DNA from: Nitrosopumilus sp.
Lineage (GTDB): Archaea; Thermoproteota; Nitrososphaeria; Nitrososphaerales; Nitrosopumilaceae
Reading direction: 5' to 3'
DNA: 64,000 nucleotides
Assembly (NCBI GenBank): GCA_965205425.1
Contig: CBDBGZ010000009.1
Location: 992,001-1,056,000, forward strand
Below, in pieces: positions 21,652-32,399 of this stretch. The notes beneath the pieces were generated by a model. That model did no database searches. It had not been told where the DNA came from and saw only the letters and a list, made by a program, of their open reading frames with translations. Made by a program: the position numbers and the translations under genes. The stretch's first letter is position 1, and every line of letters starts with the position of its first letter.

Positions 21652-22614
21652 ATGACTGAAAAAGAACCATTTCTTGATGCAATGAAAAATAGAATTCTAT
21701 TGTTTGATGGTGCAATGGGAACTGAAATTCAACGACATGATCCAAAACCTGAAGATTTTCCAAATAATCAAGATGGGTTTAATGATGGATTAGTTGTTAC
21801 CCATCCAGAATGGATAAAAGAAATTCATAGAAATTATTTGGATGCTGGTTCTGATTGTATTGAAACTAATTCTTTTGGATCAAACAAAATTAAACTTGAT
21901 GAATATGGTTTTGGTGATCAAACTGTTGACTTTAACAAAAAAATTGCTACAATTGCATCTGAAGTATGTGCAGAGTATACTGATAAATCTCGATATGTAA
22001 TTGGCTCTATGGGTCCAACAGGATATCTTCCAAGTTCTAATGATCCTGACTTAGGTCAAATGCCGTTAGATGAAATCCGAGAGGCATTTGAGTTACAAGC
22101 TGAAGGATTAATTCTTGGTGGAGTTGATGCACTACTAATTGAAACAAGTCAAGATATTCTAGAGGTTAAATTAGTTATTGAGGCATGTCACAATGCGATA
22201 AAAAAAACTGGTAAAAAAGTCCCTATTATTGCAAATACTACGTTGGATCAATATGGAAAGATGTTACTTGGCACAAATATCCAAGCTGCATACACAACTG
22301 TTTCTGATATGGGGATTGATGTTTTTGGTTTGAATTGTTCTACTGGACCTATTGAGATGAATCCTAGTGTTCAGTGGTTAAATGAACAAGATGAACATAA
22401 CATATTGGTAGTACCAAATGCCGGCATGCCTGAAAATGATGGCGGACAAGCAGTTTACAAAATGACTCCTAACAAAATGGGTGATGCTTTAGGTGATTTT
22501 CTTAATGACTACAAAAAAGTTCGAATTATTGGTGGTTGCTGTGGGACAAACCCTGAACACATCAAGGCATTAAGGAAAGTAATTGACGAAAAAGCTAACT
22601 CTGTCGAGGGTTAA
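21652..22614 (+). CDS. metH: Cobalamin-dependent methionine synthase, homocysteine-binding module
   Basis: FDGAMGT, GLNCSTGP, IGGCCGT. Confidence 0.92.
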   Translation: MTEKEPFLDAMKNRILLFDGAMGTEIQRHDPKPEDFPNNQDGFNDGLVVTHPEWIKEIHRNYLDAGSDCIETNSFGSNKIKLDEYGFGDQTVDFNKKIATIASEVCAEYTDKSRYVIGSMGPTGYLPSSNDPDLGQMPLDEIREAFELQAEGLILGGVDALLIETSQDILEVKLVIEACHNAIKKTGKKVPIIANTTLDQYGKMLLGTNIQAAYTTVSDMGIDVFGLNCSTGPIEMNPSVQWLNEQDEHNILVVPNAGMPENDGGQAVYKMTPNKMGDALGDFLNDYKKVRIIGGCCGTNPEHIKALRKVIDEKANSVEG

Positions 22615-22646
22615 GTATTTACAAAAACAGGTGTGATTTTACAACA

Positions 22647-25145
22647 TTGACAGTTCCAAGAGTAAGTTCGGCATTAAAAGCAGTTGATCTAAAACAAGTC
22701 CCAGCTCCTTTAATCATAGGTGAGAGAATTAACACGCAGGGTTCTCGTAAAGCAAAGAAGTTAGTTCTTGGTGATGATTATGAAGGACTAGTTGATTTGG
22801 GTAGACTTCAAGTTGAAGATGGTGCACACTGTCTTGATGTTTGTGTTGCAACTACAGAACGTGCAGACGAAAAAGAGTTCATGTTAAATTTAGTTAAAAG
22901 ATTAAGTTTAGAAATTGATGCTCCACTTGTAATTGATTCAACTGATCCTGAAGTCATTGAAGCATCAGTTACTCAAATTCCAGGAAGGCCAATAATTAAT
23001 TCAATAAACCTTGAAGGTGATGGAAGTAGATTTGAAAAACTAGCTCCACTTATGAGAAAGTATGGCTTACCTTCGATTGCATTATGCATTGGTCCAGAAG
23101 GCATGGCCAAAACCCCTCAACAAAAAGTTGATACTGCTGAATTACTTTATGAAACAGGAAAAAAATATGGTTTAAAAATTGAACAATTTATTTTTGATGT
23201 TCTTACATTTACTTTGGCAACTGGTGAGGCTGAATTCCTTGATGCAGGTAAAAATACTCTGGAAGGAATTAGATTGGTTAAAGAAAAATTTCCAAATTGT
23301 TTCACTACTTTAGGTCTTAGTAACATAAGCTTCGGTCTTTCACCTTATGCTAGAAAAGTTCTAAATTCTGCATTCTTGTACCATGCGGTCAAAATTGGTC
23401 TTGATTCGGCAATTGTAAATGCAAAAGAGATTATTCCATATGGCGAAATTGATGAAAAAGAGAAAAAACTTGCAGATGATCTAATCTTTAATACTCATCC
23501 AAATGCCTTATCTGATTTGATTACTTATTTTGAGAATGCAGGACCTCAAAGCAATACTGCTTCAAAGAAGGTAGATGTAGATCCTACGTGGCCAGCAGGA
23601 AAACGTGCAAACTTTAGAATTGTAAATAGACTCAAAGATGGAATTCAAAATGATGTTGTATCTGCCATTGCAGAAAAACTTGATCGAAATGACATCATTG
23701 AAGATGTTGAAGGTATCTTATCTCTAAATGTCTCTAAAGAAATAACTCATGATGCTGCGATAAAAACACTCAATGAAGATTTACTTCCTGCAATGAAGGA
23801 GGTGGGGGACAAATTTGGATCTGGTGAGCTAATTCTTCCATTTGTCCTAAAATCTGCAGAATGTATGAAGGCATCAGTTGGTGAATTGGAGAAGTATTTG
23901 GTGAAAGAAGAAGGATCAAGTAAAGGTGTACTTGTTTTGGGCACTGTTTATGGTGATGTTCATGATATTGGCAAGAATCTAGTAAAGACCATTTTCCAAA
24001 ATAATGGTTACACAGTTCATGATTTGGGAAAGCAAGTTCCATTACAAAAATTCCTTGAAAAAATAGATGAAACAAAACCTGATGCTATTGGATTATCTGC
24101 TTTATTGGTATCAACTTCAAAACAAATGAAATTTTTTGTAGATCATGCAAGAAAAAATAATATGACTATACCAATTCTTTGTGGAGGAGCTGCAATTAAC
24201 AGTAATTACATTAACAGAATTGCAAAAGAAGATGGAATATACGAATCGGGAGTATTTTATTGCAATACTATGTTTGAAGGTCTAAAAACCATGGATGTTT
24301 TGGTTTCAGATGAAAAATCAAAACTTCAATCTGATTGGAAAGAAAAATTAGAAAACTGGAAAGAAAAATCTACCACAATAGTTGATCCTGACACTCTTCC
24401 AAAAAGTGAAACAAAACCAGTTACTGCTCCAACTCCTAAAAATATTGGAGAGCCAATTCGCTTAAAATTAGATCAAATCAATATGGCTGACGTTTGGACC
24501 ATGATTGATAAAAAATCACTCTTCAAACTATCTTGGGGATTAAGGGGAAAGGCAGGCTCTGAATCTGAAGAAGAACATGAACAATTACTATCTGAATGGA
24601 AAATACGAATTATTCGTGATAAACTGTTTGAACCTGAAGTTGTTTATGGTTATTTCAAATGTCATAACAAAGATAGAAAACTTCTTGTTGAAAATCCAGA
24701 TGGGGATGATGTAGAATTAGAATTCCCACGCTCCACCAAACCCGAGCATTTGTGTTTAACCGATTACTTTGGAGATGACGATATTGTTGCATTTCAATCT
24801 GTAACTGTTGGCAACAAAGTGGCTGAAATTATAGAACAATGGAATAAAGATGACAAGTATACTGATGCATATTATCTTCATGGATTAGCAGTTGAAGTAG
24901 CCGAAGCCTTGGCTGAATGGATAAATCAGAAAATTAAAACTGAATTGAATTTAGAAAAAGGTGGTTTGAGATATAGTTGGGGATTTCCTAGCTGTCCTGA
25001 TGTGTCTCAACATCATCTAGTATGGAAATTATTACAACCTGAAAAATCTGGAATGACATTAACAGAATCTGGGCAAATTATTCCAGAACAATCTACTGCA
25101 GCTATTGTGATTCATCATCCTGACGCAAAATATTTTGTACTTTAA
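22647..25145 (+). CDS. metH: Cobalamin-dependent methionine synthase, pterin-binding, B12-binding and activation modules
   Basis: IGERIN, GDVHDIGKNLV (DxHxxG), RYSWGFPSCPD. Confidence 0.92.
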   Translation: MTVPRVSSALKAVDLKQVPAPLIIGERINTQGSRKAKKLVLGDDYEGLVDLGRLQVEDGAHCLDVCVATTERADEKEFMLNLVKRLSLEIDAPLVIDSTDPEVIEASVTQIPGRPIINSINLEGDGSRFEKLAPLMRKYGLPSIALCIGPEGMAKTPQQKVDTAELLYETGKKYGLKIEQFIFDVLTFTLATGEAEFLDAGKNTLEGIRLVKEKFPNCFTTLGLSNISFGLSPYARKVLNSAFLYHAVKIGLDSAIVNAKEIIPYGEIDEKEKKLADDLIFNTHPNALSDLITYFENAGPQSNTASKKVDVDPTWPAGKRANFRIVNRLKDGIQNDVVSAIAEKLDRNDIIEDVEGILSLNVSKEITHDAAIKTLNEDLLPAMKEVGDKFGSGELILPFVLKSAECMKASVGELEKYLVKEEGSSKGVLVLGTVYGDVHDIGKNLVKTIFQNNGYTVHDLGKQVPLQKFLEKIDETKPDAIGLSALLVSTSKQMKFFVDHARKNNMTIPILCGGAAINSNYINRIAKEDGIYESGVFYCNTMFEGLKTMDVLVSDEKSKLQSDWKEKLENWKEKSTTIVDPDTLPKSETKPVTAPTPKNIGEPIRLKLDQINMADVWTMIDKKSLFKLSWGLRGKAGSESEEEHEQLLSEWKIRIIRDKLFEPEVVYGYFKCHNKDRKLLVENPDGDDVELEFPRSTKPEHLCLTDYFGDDDIVAFQSVTVGNKVAEIIEQWNKDDKYTDAYYLHGLAVEVAEALAEWINQKIKTELNLEKGGLRYSWGFPSCPDVSQHHLVWKLLQPEKSGMTLTESGQIIPEQSTAAIVIHHPDAKYFVL

Positions 25146-25879
25146 TTATTTGATTTTTCTAGATATTCATTTAACCCACTAAAATCACTTGGTGATGTGA
25201 TTAGTACATCTCCTGTAATTTCATGTATCTCTTTTACAAATTCGTCAAACCTTTGACTATGTTTTACCCAATCAATATTCAGAAATGTTGCTGACTTTTC
25301 ATTTTTAAGAGATGGGAATAAGAGTATTGGAATGATTGAAAATCCTTTGAGATTTTCTGATAATTCTTGAACTTGTTGGATGTTTTGAATAACTTGCGTC
25401 ATAAATCCTTTAGGTTTTGCATCTATTTTTTTTCCAATTTTAGAAAAATTAGGTTTATTTGAAATTGATAAATACAAATCAATTTTGGAATCTACTCCTT
25501 GCTCTCTCAATCTTCTTACTGTCAAACCAGGAATCTGACCTGAATCTTTTCCCCCTGTTTGAGAAGGATCTCCCATTAAGATCAAAATCCCTGAAAATCC
25601 TACTGAAATACAACTTTGAACAAATTCTGATATTTCATTCTCACTTTTGTCCCTAACTCTAAGACTGACAGTAATTGGTAAATTTGGAATTTCTTTTCTG
25701 ATGATTTTCCCAGCTTCTATAGGTGACACTCTTTGAAATCCTAAAACATTTTCAGTTAGGTGTATTGCATCACATTTCTTTGAAATAATTTTTATCTTTT
25801 CTACAAATTTTTGAATTGACTCATTTGTATTTACATCTGGTAAAATTTTAGGAGGATTAGCTTCATACCTAATTGTCAT
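25142..25879 (-). CDS. Methylenetetrahydrofolate reductase-like flavoprotein
   Basis: YEANPPK, LRVRD, ILILMGDP, FMTQ; next to metH. Confidence 0.7.
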   Translation of the reverse strand: MTIRYEANPPKILPDVNTNESIQKFVEKIKIISKKCDAIHLTENVLGFQRVSPIEAGKIIRKEIPNLPITVSLRVRDKSENEISEFVQSCISVGFSGILILMGDPSQTGGKDSGQIPGLTVRRLREQGVDSKIDLYLSISNKPNFSKIGKKIDAKPKGFMTQVIQNIQQVQELSENLKGFSIIPILLFPSLKNEKSATFLNIDWVKHSQRFDEFVKEIHEITGDVLITSPSDFSGLNEYLEKSNN

Positions 25880-25953
25880 ATTTCAATTCCTTATCTTCTG
25901 GGTTAAAACCTTTGAATACCAAAACCCATATGGAAAGGTAGGAAAGAACCACA

Positions 25954-26502
25954 ATGCAGTTAGATGATTTAAAATCCAAACTTTCTACTTCGCTGAATCC
26001 CACAATTGAAACAAATGGAAAGTATCGTTTAGCTTCAATTCTTGTTGTGATTTATGATGATGATCCAATTATTATAATGACTGAAAAACCCAAACACATG
26101 AAATTTCATGCAGGAGAAATTTCTTTCCCTGGTGGAAAATTGGATTATGAAGACTCTGATCTTTTAGAAACTGCATTACGTGAAACTAGGGAAGAGATAG
26201 GATTGCCAATTTCTAAAGAACAAGTTATTGGACAATTGGAACCTGTTGTCACATTGAATTCAGGTTTTTTGATCTTGCCTTTTATTTCAGTTGTAAATCA
26301 AATCCCTAAACTTTCCGCAAATGCAGAAGTTGAAAAAATATTCCATATTCCTTTAGAGACATTTTTAAAAACTGAGGCAAAAGATCCAGATCCATCTCAT
26401 AATCTCATTCAAGAAATGTATACTTTTGAATATCAAAATCAAATTGTGTGGGGAGCTTCGGCTAGAATTCTAAAACAGATTCAAGATTGCCTAAAATCCT
26501 GA
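25954..26502 (+). CDS. Nudix hydrolase, CoA pyrophosphatase family
   Basis: HAGEISFPGG and Nudix box ALRETREEIG. Confidence 0.9.
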   Translation: MQLDDLKSKLSTSLNPTIETNGKYRLASILVVIYDDDPIIIMTEKPKHMKFHAGEISFPGGKLDYEDSDLLETALRETREEIGLPISKEQVIGQLEPVVTLNSGFLILPFISVVNQIPKLSANAEVEKIFHIPLETFLKTEAKDPDPSHNLIQEMYTFEYQNQIVWGASARILKQIQDCLKS

Positions 26503-26539
26503 GATTCATTTAAAAAGAGCTCCTCGTGCCTGAACATCT

Positions 26540-26698
26540 ATGGCTGCACGTAAGTCCTCTCCAAGGAAAATTCGTCTACTCAAAAAGACTAGACAAACTT
26601 CAGCAGTACCCGCATGGATTATTCTCAAAACTAAACGAGGTGTTAGAACCAATCCAAAGCGTAGAGCTTGGAGATCAACTGATGTGGAGGTAGGATAA
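26540..26698 (+). CDS. rpl39e: 50S ribosomal protein L39e (52 aa, absent from ORF track)
   Basis: MAARKSSPRKIRLLKKTRQTSAVPAWIILKTKRGVRTNPKRRAWRSTDVEVG; directly upstream of rpl31e. Confidence 0.92.
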   Translation: MAARKSSPRKIRLLKKTRQTSAVPAWIILKTKRGVRTNPKRRAWRSTDVEVG

Positions 26699-27109
26699 AT
26701 GTCTCAAGAATTAGAACGAGTTTATACAATTAATCTTGGTAAAGTAAAAATTTCACAATCTCAACATAGAGCTGTTAGAGCTATTAACATGATTAGAGAA
26801 TTTGCTCAACATCACATGAAAGTTGAGACAATCAAAATTGAAGAAGAATTATCTCATGAAATCTGGTCTAAGGGAGTTAGAAATCCTCCAAGAAAAGTTA
26901 GGGTTAGAATGAGTAAAACCGATGAAGGATATGTTCTTGTTTCTAGATATGACGAAGGAGCCGAATCTAAAGTTACTCCTGAAAAAGAAACCAAAAAAGT
27001 TTCAGATAACGTAGAAGAACCAGCTAAAGAAGAACCAGCTAAAGAAGAACCAAAGAAAGAAGAACCAAAGAAAGAAGAACCAGCTAAAGAAGAACCAAAG
27101 AAAGATTAA
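26699..27109 (+). CDS. rpl31e: 50S ribosomal protein L31e with repetitive C-terminal tail
   Basis: ERVYTINL, RAVRAI, IWSKGVRNPPRKVRV. Confidence 0.93.
   Translation: MSQELERVYTINLGKVKISQSQHRAVRAINMIREFAQHHMKVETIKIEEELSHEIWSKGVRNPPRKVRVRMSKTDEGYVLVSRYDEGAESKVTPEKETKKVSDNVEEPAKEEPAKEEPKKEEPKKEEPAKEEPKKD
27014..27103 (+). repeat. Six 15-bp tandem units encoding EEPAK/EEPKK
   Basis: GAAGAACCAGCTAAA and GAAGAACCAAAGAAA units. Confidence 0.95.
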
Positions 27110-27143
27110 TTCTTTTCAAAAATTATAATTTTAAAAAATCTGT

Positions 27144-28094
27144 TTATTCTAATTGGTACAGGTCTAATTCACAATCGATACTACAATCTGGTGTAGTCCA
27201 ATCAAATGTATCTTCTTGTGGAATCATTCCTAAAGGATCATAATTATCAAACTTTGTCATTCCTTGAATTGATGATAACATTACAACTTTGGAATCTTCA
27301 GTACTTGAAGTCATGTCAATCTGTGAATTACTTTCATTAACAATTCCTGCTGTAAGATTTGTAATTGAATTAATTACTCCTACTGGGATATTGCTACCTC
27401 CGACAACATACAACATTGAACGTTTTACTGAGTTTGGCGGTGCATTACCATATAGCATTTTTAGTGAATCTCTGAGTGAATCTTCAATATTTTGTCCATC
27501 TTTGCTTGTTGAGATAATGTTTGTTTCACTGGATATTTCTGATGAATCAAGTGATTGTACTACATGCATCATTGCAGAGTTTGCAATTTCGTAACATGCT
27601 TTTGGGCTCAAATCTGGATTACTTTCAAGAAGTGAATCATTATCAAGCACTACTGTACATTTTGAGTTCTCTCTTACTCTCTTTAGAGATACTCCTGAAT
27701 TGAAAATTCTATCTTTTTCATATTTGAATGGCATTATGGCAAATGATAGTAGTCCTGTTTCTGATTCTTTACACATTTCTGATACAACTGGAGCCATGGC
27801 TGAGCCTGCTTTGCCTGCTAAATTACTCATTAAGATAACTGTGGAATAACCTGAAATTTTTGATTTAATTTCTTCAGATACTTTGTAAGTTGAGCCTCTG
27901 ATTAACTGAACTGATGGATTTACAACTGAATCTGTTGAAACGTGGACAGATGGATTATCTGTTGAAAAATCTTTCTTATCATTACTAATTATTAGACAAT
28001 CTGAATTTAGGGTATTTTTTGCTTGAATTGCTAATTTTGAGCCTACGCCACCAAGGCCTATGACTAAAACTGGTTCTTTAACTTGAAAACTCAT
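27144..28094 (-). CDS. ftsZ: Divergent FtsZ/tubulin-family protein
   Basis: VIGLGGVG, PFKYE, VVLDNDSL; GGGTG signature replaced by LAGKAGS. Confidence 0.7.
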   Translation of the reverse strand: MSFQVKEPVLVIGLGGVGSKLAIQAKNTLNSDCLIISNDKKDFSTDNPSVHVSTDSVVNPSVQLIRGSTYKVSEEIKSKISGYSTVILMSNLAGKAGSAMAPVVSEMCKESETGLLSFAIMPFKYEKDRIFNSGVSLKRVRENSKCTVVLDNDSLLESNPDLSPKACYEIANSAMMHVVQSLDSSEISSETNIISTSKDGQNIEDSLRDSLKMLYGNAPPNSVKRSMLYVVGGSNIPVGVINSITNLTAGIVNESNSQIDMTSSTEDSKVVMLSSIQGMTKFDNYDPLGMIPQEDTFDWTTPDCSIDCELDLYQLE

Positions 28095-28166
28095 TCTGAT
28101 CTTATTTTCTGATTTAGATAAAAAACCTTCTTACGTTTTTTTAATCAAATTTTAGATCGAAAAAAA

Positions 28167-29435
28167 TTAGCTTGCGATCTTACCAATCAGTCTTTTTACC
28201 GTTGCATCTGTGATTTCTACTATGTGTGATTGACCTAACTCTATATCATCTTCAACAGCTATAGGCTTGTATGCAAAGTTTCTACCCTTTATTCCTTCAT
28301 CTGTCATCTCATCAAATAGGACTTTGCCTTTCCAGCCGATCCATTTTTGGTTACTCTCCATAGACAATTTGTTGATCTGTTCAAAAATTATCTTGGTTCT
28401 TCGTTTAACTTCTGCAGCATCAATTTGTTCCCATTCTGCAGCATCCGTTCCAGGTCTTGCACTATACTTTGATAGATTCACGGTATCAGGTTTTGTTTCA
28501 TCAAGTAATGATATTGTTTTTTGAAATTCTTCTTCCGTTTCTGTAGGGAAACCTACAATGATATCTGTAGATATTGTGAAGTCTCCAAATCTTTCTTTCA
28601 CTTTACGAACGATTTCTCTATATGTTCCAGACGTGTGTCCTCGTTTCATATCATTTAGAACTTTATCACTTCCACTCTGAACTGGAATGTGTAAAAATTT
28701 GAAAACTTTGTCATTATCAAATGAATTAATTAAATTCTCTTTGATCCTTGGCATGTACATTGGATTCATCATTCCAACTCTTATCATAAAATCATCTGGA
28801 ATTTCTGTTACTGCATTTACAAGTGATGGTAAATCGGTTCCAATGTCAAACCCATAACATCCGTTATCTGTTGATGTTAACCAAACTTCTTTACATCCCT
28901 CTTTGATTTCAGTTTGAACTTGTCTTACAATATCTCCTAATCTGTAACTAGATAGATCTCCTTTTGATAATTTGGTTTGGCAAAAAGTACATTCACTCAT
29001 ACATCCACTTGCAATCTCTACAATTCCTACAGTTGGATTAAGTCTGACTTTGGGAAGTCCCACTTTTGATAAATCTGAATCCTCTAACGCAATTTGCTTT
29101 TGACCTCCTAATGTTGAATTAATCACTTGGAGTGTTTTTCCTAACGAATTTGGTCCTAGTAGACTGGCATTTTCTGAGAATTTCTCTACATTTTGTTTTT
29201 CTGCCTTTGGAAGACATCCTGCTACGATTAGTGGTTTTGTTTTCAGAGAATTTATCCTATACATCATCTTGTTTGCAGTGGAATCTTTAACAGAACATGT
29301 TACTACGATATTTAGATCCGATTCTAAAGAATTCTCAGCCAAAGTATGGCCTCCATTTAGGATTAGTCCTGAAATCATTTCGGAATCTGCAAAACTCGCA
29401 GAGCATCCGTAAGCTTCTACGAAAATTTTTGCCAT
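28167..29435 (-). CDS. tRNA t6A37 methylthiotransferase (e-MtaB/CDKAL1 type)
   Basis: UPF0004 domain (YGCSAS), CxxxCxxC (CMSECTFC), TRAM domain. Confidence 0.88.
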   Translation of the reverse strand: MAKIFVEAYGCSASFADSEMISGLILNGGHTLAENSLESDLNIVVTCSVKDSTANKMMYRINSLKTKPLIVAGCLPKAEKQNVEKFSENASLLGPNSLGKTLQVINSTLGGQKQIALEDSDLSKVGLPKVRLNPTVGIVEIASGCMSECTFCQTKLSKGDLSSYRLGDIVRQVQTEIKEGCKEVWLTSTDNGCYGFDIGTDLPSLVNAVTEIPDDFMIRVGMMNPMYMPRIKENLINSFDNDKVFKFLHIPVQSGSDKVLNDMKRGHTSGTYREIVRKVKERFGDFTISTDIIVGFPTETEEEFQKTISLLDETKPDTVNLSKYSARPGTDAAEWEQIDAAEVKRRTKIIFEQINKLSMESNQKWIGWKGKVLFDEMTDEGIKGRNFAYKPIAVEDDIELGQSHIVEITDATVKRLIGKIAS

Positions 29436-29438
29436 AAC

Positions 29439-30800
29439 TTATCCAAATAGAGAGTCTATCTCTTTGTTGCTCATTAGTTTCTTTGAAACTACAAGTTCTC
29501 TAATGGTCTTTCCTGTTTTCAGAGATTCTTTGAAAAGTTCTGCAGATTTTAGATATCCGATTTTTGGAGTTAACAATGTGACAATTACTGGACTGTTTTC
29601 AATGTCTGCACGCAATTTATCTTTGTTGGCTGTTAGTCCATCAATTAGATTTGCAGAAAATATTGGTAAGAAATTTTTTAACATATCAGTTGACTCTAAC
29701 ATACACTTTAGCATTCCAGGGAGCATTACGTTTAGCTCAAACTGTCCTCCATGTGCTGCATAAGAAACCGATGTATCATTTCCAATTATGTTAAAACAAA
29801 TCATGTTCATACATTCTGCTAAAGATGGGTTTACTTTTCCAGGCATGATTGAAGAGCCTGCATGTACTGCTGGTATTCCTAATTCTGCCAATCCTGCAAT
29901 TGGACCTGATGCCATGAGTCTAATGTCGTTGGCAATTTTTCCAATTTCTAATGCCAAGTTTCGTAAAGCACTAGATAGATTTGTAACTGCAAATTTACTT
30001 TGTAAACTATGTTGCATATCTTTTTCTGGCTTTAATGATAACTTTGAAATCTTTCCAAGTTCTGCTATGGCAATTTTCCTATAACCCTTTGGAGTATTTG
30101 CACCAGAACCTACTGCGGTTCCTCCTAATGCAACATTTTGTAATTCTTTTTGTGCATCTATAATTTCTTTTCTTGCTTTAGTAATTGACGTAACATATGC
30201 TTCGAATTCACTACCTAGTGTAACTGGCAATGCATCCATTAGATGGGTTCTTCCAATTTTTTTAAATGATGAAAATTGTTTTGCTTTTTTAGATAGTGAC
30301 TTTATTAAAATATCAATTGCAGGAATTGTTTCTTTGAGATTCATCAAAATTGCAACATGCATGGCAGTTGGGTATGTATCGTTACTTGATTGTGACATGT
30401 TGACATGGTCGTTTGGATGTAAGAATTCGTATTGACCTTTCTTTTTGTGAAGTACTTCTAATGCAACATTTGAAATAACTTCATTAGAATTCATGTTAAA
30501 TGCAGTACCTGCTCCGGAGTTTATCATATCTACAACAAATTGATCAACGTGTTTCCCAGATAGGATTTTGTCACATGCTGAAACGATTGCTTTTCCTCGT
30601 TTTGTATCAATTACTTTAGTTTTCATGTTTGCAACTGCAGCTGATCGTTTTATCATTACAAATGACTTTATCAAATTTTCATGGCTTTTGTTTCCTGTGA
30701 CATGATACTGTTTGATAGCTCTACCAGTAAATGCTCCATAGTATGCGTCAGCTGGGATTTTGACTTTTCCAAGTGAATCTTGATCTAATCTATATTTCAT
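29439..30800 (-). CDS. Class II fumarase / aspartate ammonia-lyase
   Basis: GSSIMPGKVNP, HPNDHVNMSQSSND, GRTHLMDA. Confidence 0.9.
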   Translation of the reverse strand: MKYRLDQDSLGKVKIPADAYYGAFTGRAIKQYHVTGNKSHENLIKSFVMIKRSAAVANMKTKVIDTKRGKAIVSACDKILSGKHVDQFVVDMINSGAGTAFNMNSNEVISNVALEVLHKKKGQYEFLHPNDHVNMSQSSNDTYPTAMHVAILMNLKETIPAIDILIKSLSKKAKQFSSFKKIGRTHLMDALPVTLGSEFEAYVTSITKARKEIIDAQKELQNVALGGTAVGSGANTPKGYRKIAIAELGKISKLSLKPEKDMQHSLQSKFAVTNLSSALRNLALEIGKIANDIRLMASGPIAGLAELGIPAVHAGSSIMPGKVNPSLAECMNMICFNIIGNDTSVSYAAHGGQFELNVMLPGMLKCMLESTDMLKNFLPIFSANLIDGLTANKDKLRADIENSPVIVTLLTPKIGYLKSAELFKESLKTGKTIRELVVSKKLMSNKEIDSLFG

Positions 30801-30875
30801 GATGACTTTACTGAAATTTCTCCATTATTCATTCTTTTTCAGAATTAACCTCAAAACTACGTGCCAATAATGGGA

Positions 30876-30887
30876 ATTATTATATAG
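30876..30887 (+). promoter_or_regulatory. Probable TATA box of nirK (leaderless transcript)
   Basis: ATTATTATATAG centred about 27 nt upstream of the ATG at 30909. Confidence 0.45.
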
Positions 30888-30908
30888 GATTTGTAAGGTC
30901 GTTGCTTT

Positions 30909-32330
30909 ATGAATAAGCGTGTTAGTATGCTCTTCACAATTGCAGCAGTAGCTGTAATGGGAGCAACCTTATTCGGAAGCACATACACACAAACCCAGAT
31001 TGTTGGACAATCACTCGATATCAACAAAATGGATATTGATGTAATTGAACAAATACATCAAATGGGCGGTTTACAACTTGTAATGCCTCAAGCATTCGCA
31101 GAAACTGATTGTGGTGCATTAGAAAACTCTGGTAGAACCGTAGTTGAGTTTAACTTGACCGGTGAGAGTGTTGAACTTCCAATTATGGGAGGAAAAACTT
31201 TCAACGCCATGACCTTTAGTGGACAAGTCCCAGGACCAACACTAAGAGTTACACAAGGTGACGTTGTAAAGATGACACTTACAATTCCAGATGATGAAGT
31301 TACTGGACACGGTAACGACATGCACGCATCACAAATGTCAGCAGGAAACTTTGAATCCGTTAATCCGGGTGAAACAAGTCAATACTGTTACATTGCTGAA
31401 TCTGCTGGTGTTTTCAAATACCACTGTTCTGGTGTCAAACTAATTGGTATGGACCAACACGTTCTTTCCGGCATGTACGGAATTGCAATCGTTGATCCAA
31501 TCAATGGATACAAGAAACTAATGGTAGAGAAAACCTCAGTTAATGGTAGCGAAGTTTCATTAGACAGAATGTTCTATGATGCAGACGCATTAGAGTTCCA
31601 ACTCCAATACAACCAAATGTACCTAACACCTGAAGGTAATTATGATGCCGGCGCAATGTTTGGCCATCAAAATACTGCATCAGTTGTTAATGGAATGCAA
31701 TTTGGTTATGTACCAAACATGGCTCATAATTTACTCGTCAATGGCGATGTAAACAAGAACATCTTTGTTGCACAACCTTGGAATGGACTTGAACACAAGC
31801 AATACCAATCACAACTCTTGTTTGTTGAAAATGATCAACACGTGAGACTCTTTATCGAAAACCACGGTAACGAACCACTATTCTTCCACATTGTTGGAGA
31901 AATCTTGGACAGAGTTACCCAAGGTAACAGAGTACAATCCGCAGCAACTGAAACATGGTTACTCGGAGGTTCACAAAACATGATTGTTGACTTGGTCTTT
32001 GATGAACCAGGTGCATATGCAGCCGTAAACCATGATTATGCAGCAATTTACACTGGCGCAGCTACAGTCTTTGTAGCAGGTGACCCATTCGGCTTGAACC
32101 CAATTCTAGTTGAGAAAGGAATTATCCCAGCACCAGTAGCATCTTATGCATATGCTTTAGGCAATCCAAGTGATGCTGTCCCACCAATGGGAATGAACAG
32201 TATTGCACATCCTGCCCAAAACATTCACGGTTTAATGACTGATGAAGTAGCTTCTGAAATGCAAGCAAGTGGCGATTATGTCGCATTATGGGAAGTAATT
32301 CCTGTAGTAGCAGAAATCCTTACTTCTTGA
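30909..32330 (+). CDS. nirK: Copper-containing nitrite reductase, AOA type
   Basis: Signal peptide, GQVPGPTLRV, HGNDMH, YHC...HVLSGM type-1 Cu ligands, VNHD. Confidence 0.9.
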   Translation: MNKRVSMLFTIAAVAVMGATLFGSTYTQTQIVGQSLDINKMDIDVIEQIHQMGGLQLVMPQAFAETDCGALENSGRTVVEFNLTGESVELPIMGGKTFNAMTFSGQVPGPTLRVTQGDVVKMTLTIPDDEVTGHGNDMHASQMSAGNFESVNPGETSQYCYIAESAGVFKYHCSGVKLIGMDQHVLSGMYGIAIVDPINGYKKLMVEKTSVNGSEVSLDRMFYDADALEFQLQYNQMYLTPEGNYDAGAMFGHQNTASVVNGMQFGYVPNMAHNLLVNGDVNKNIFVAQPWNGLEHKQYQSQLLFVENDQHVRLFIENHGNEPLFFHIVGEILDRVTQGNRVQSAATETWLLGGSQNMIVDLVFDEPGAYAAVNHDYAAIYTGAATVFVAGDPFGLNPILVEKGIIPAPVASYAYALGNPSDAVPPMGMNSIAHPAQNIHGLMTDEVASEMQASGDYVALWEVIPVVAEILTS

Positions 32331-32399
32331 TCTTTTAACATCTTTTTTTCTTTTTATTTTTCTTAATGAATTATATGCCGTTCTTCACTTTGTTTGATT

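Noticed and set aside
21652..25145. Split metH as a frameshifted pseudogene
   Set aside because: The break falls at a domain boundary with a clean stop, a 32-nt spacer and a new start; split MetH is a known arrangement.
27144..28094. FtsZ lacking the GGGTG signature as a novelty
   Set aside because: Divergent FtsZ homologues are already known in thaumarchaea, which divide using Cdv proteins.
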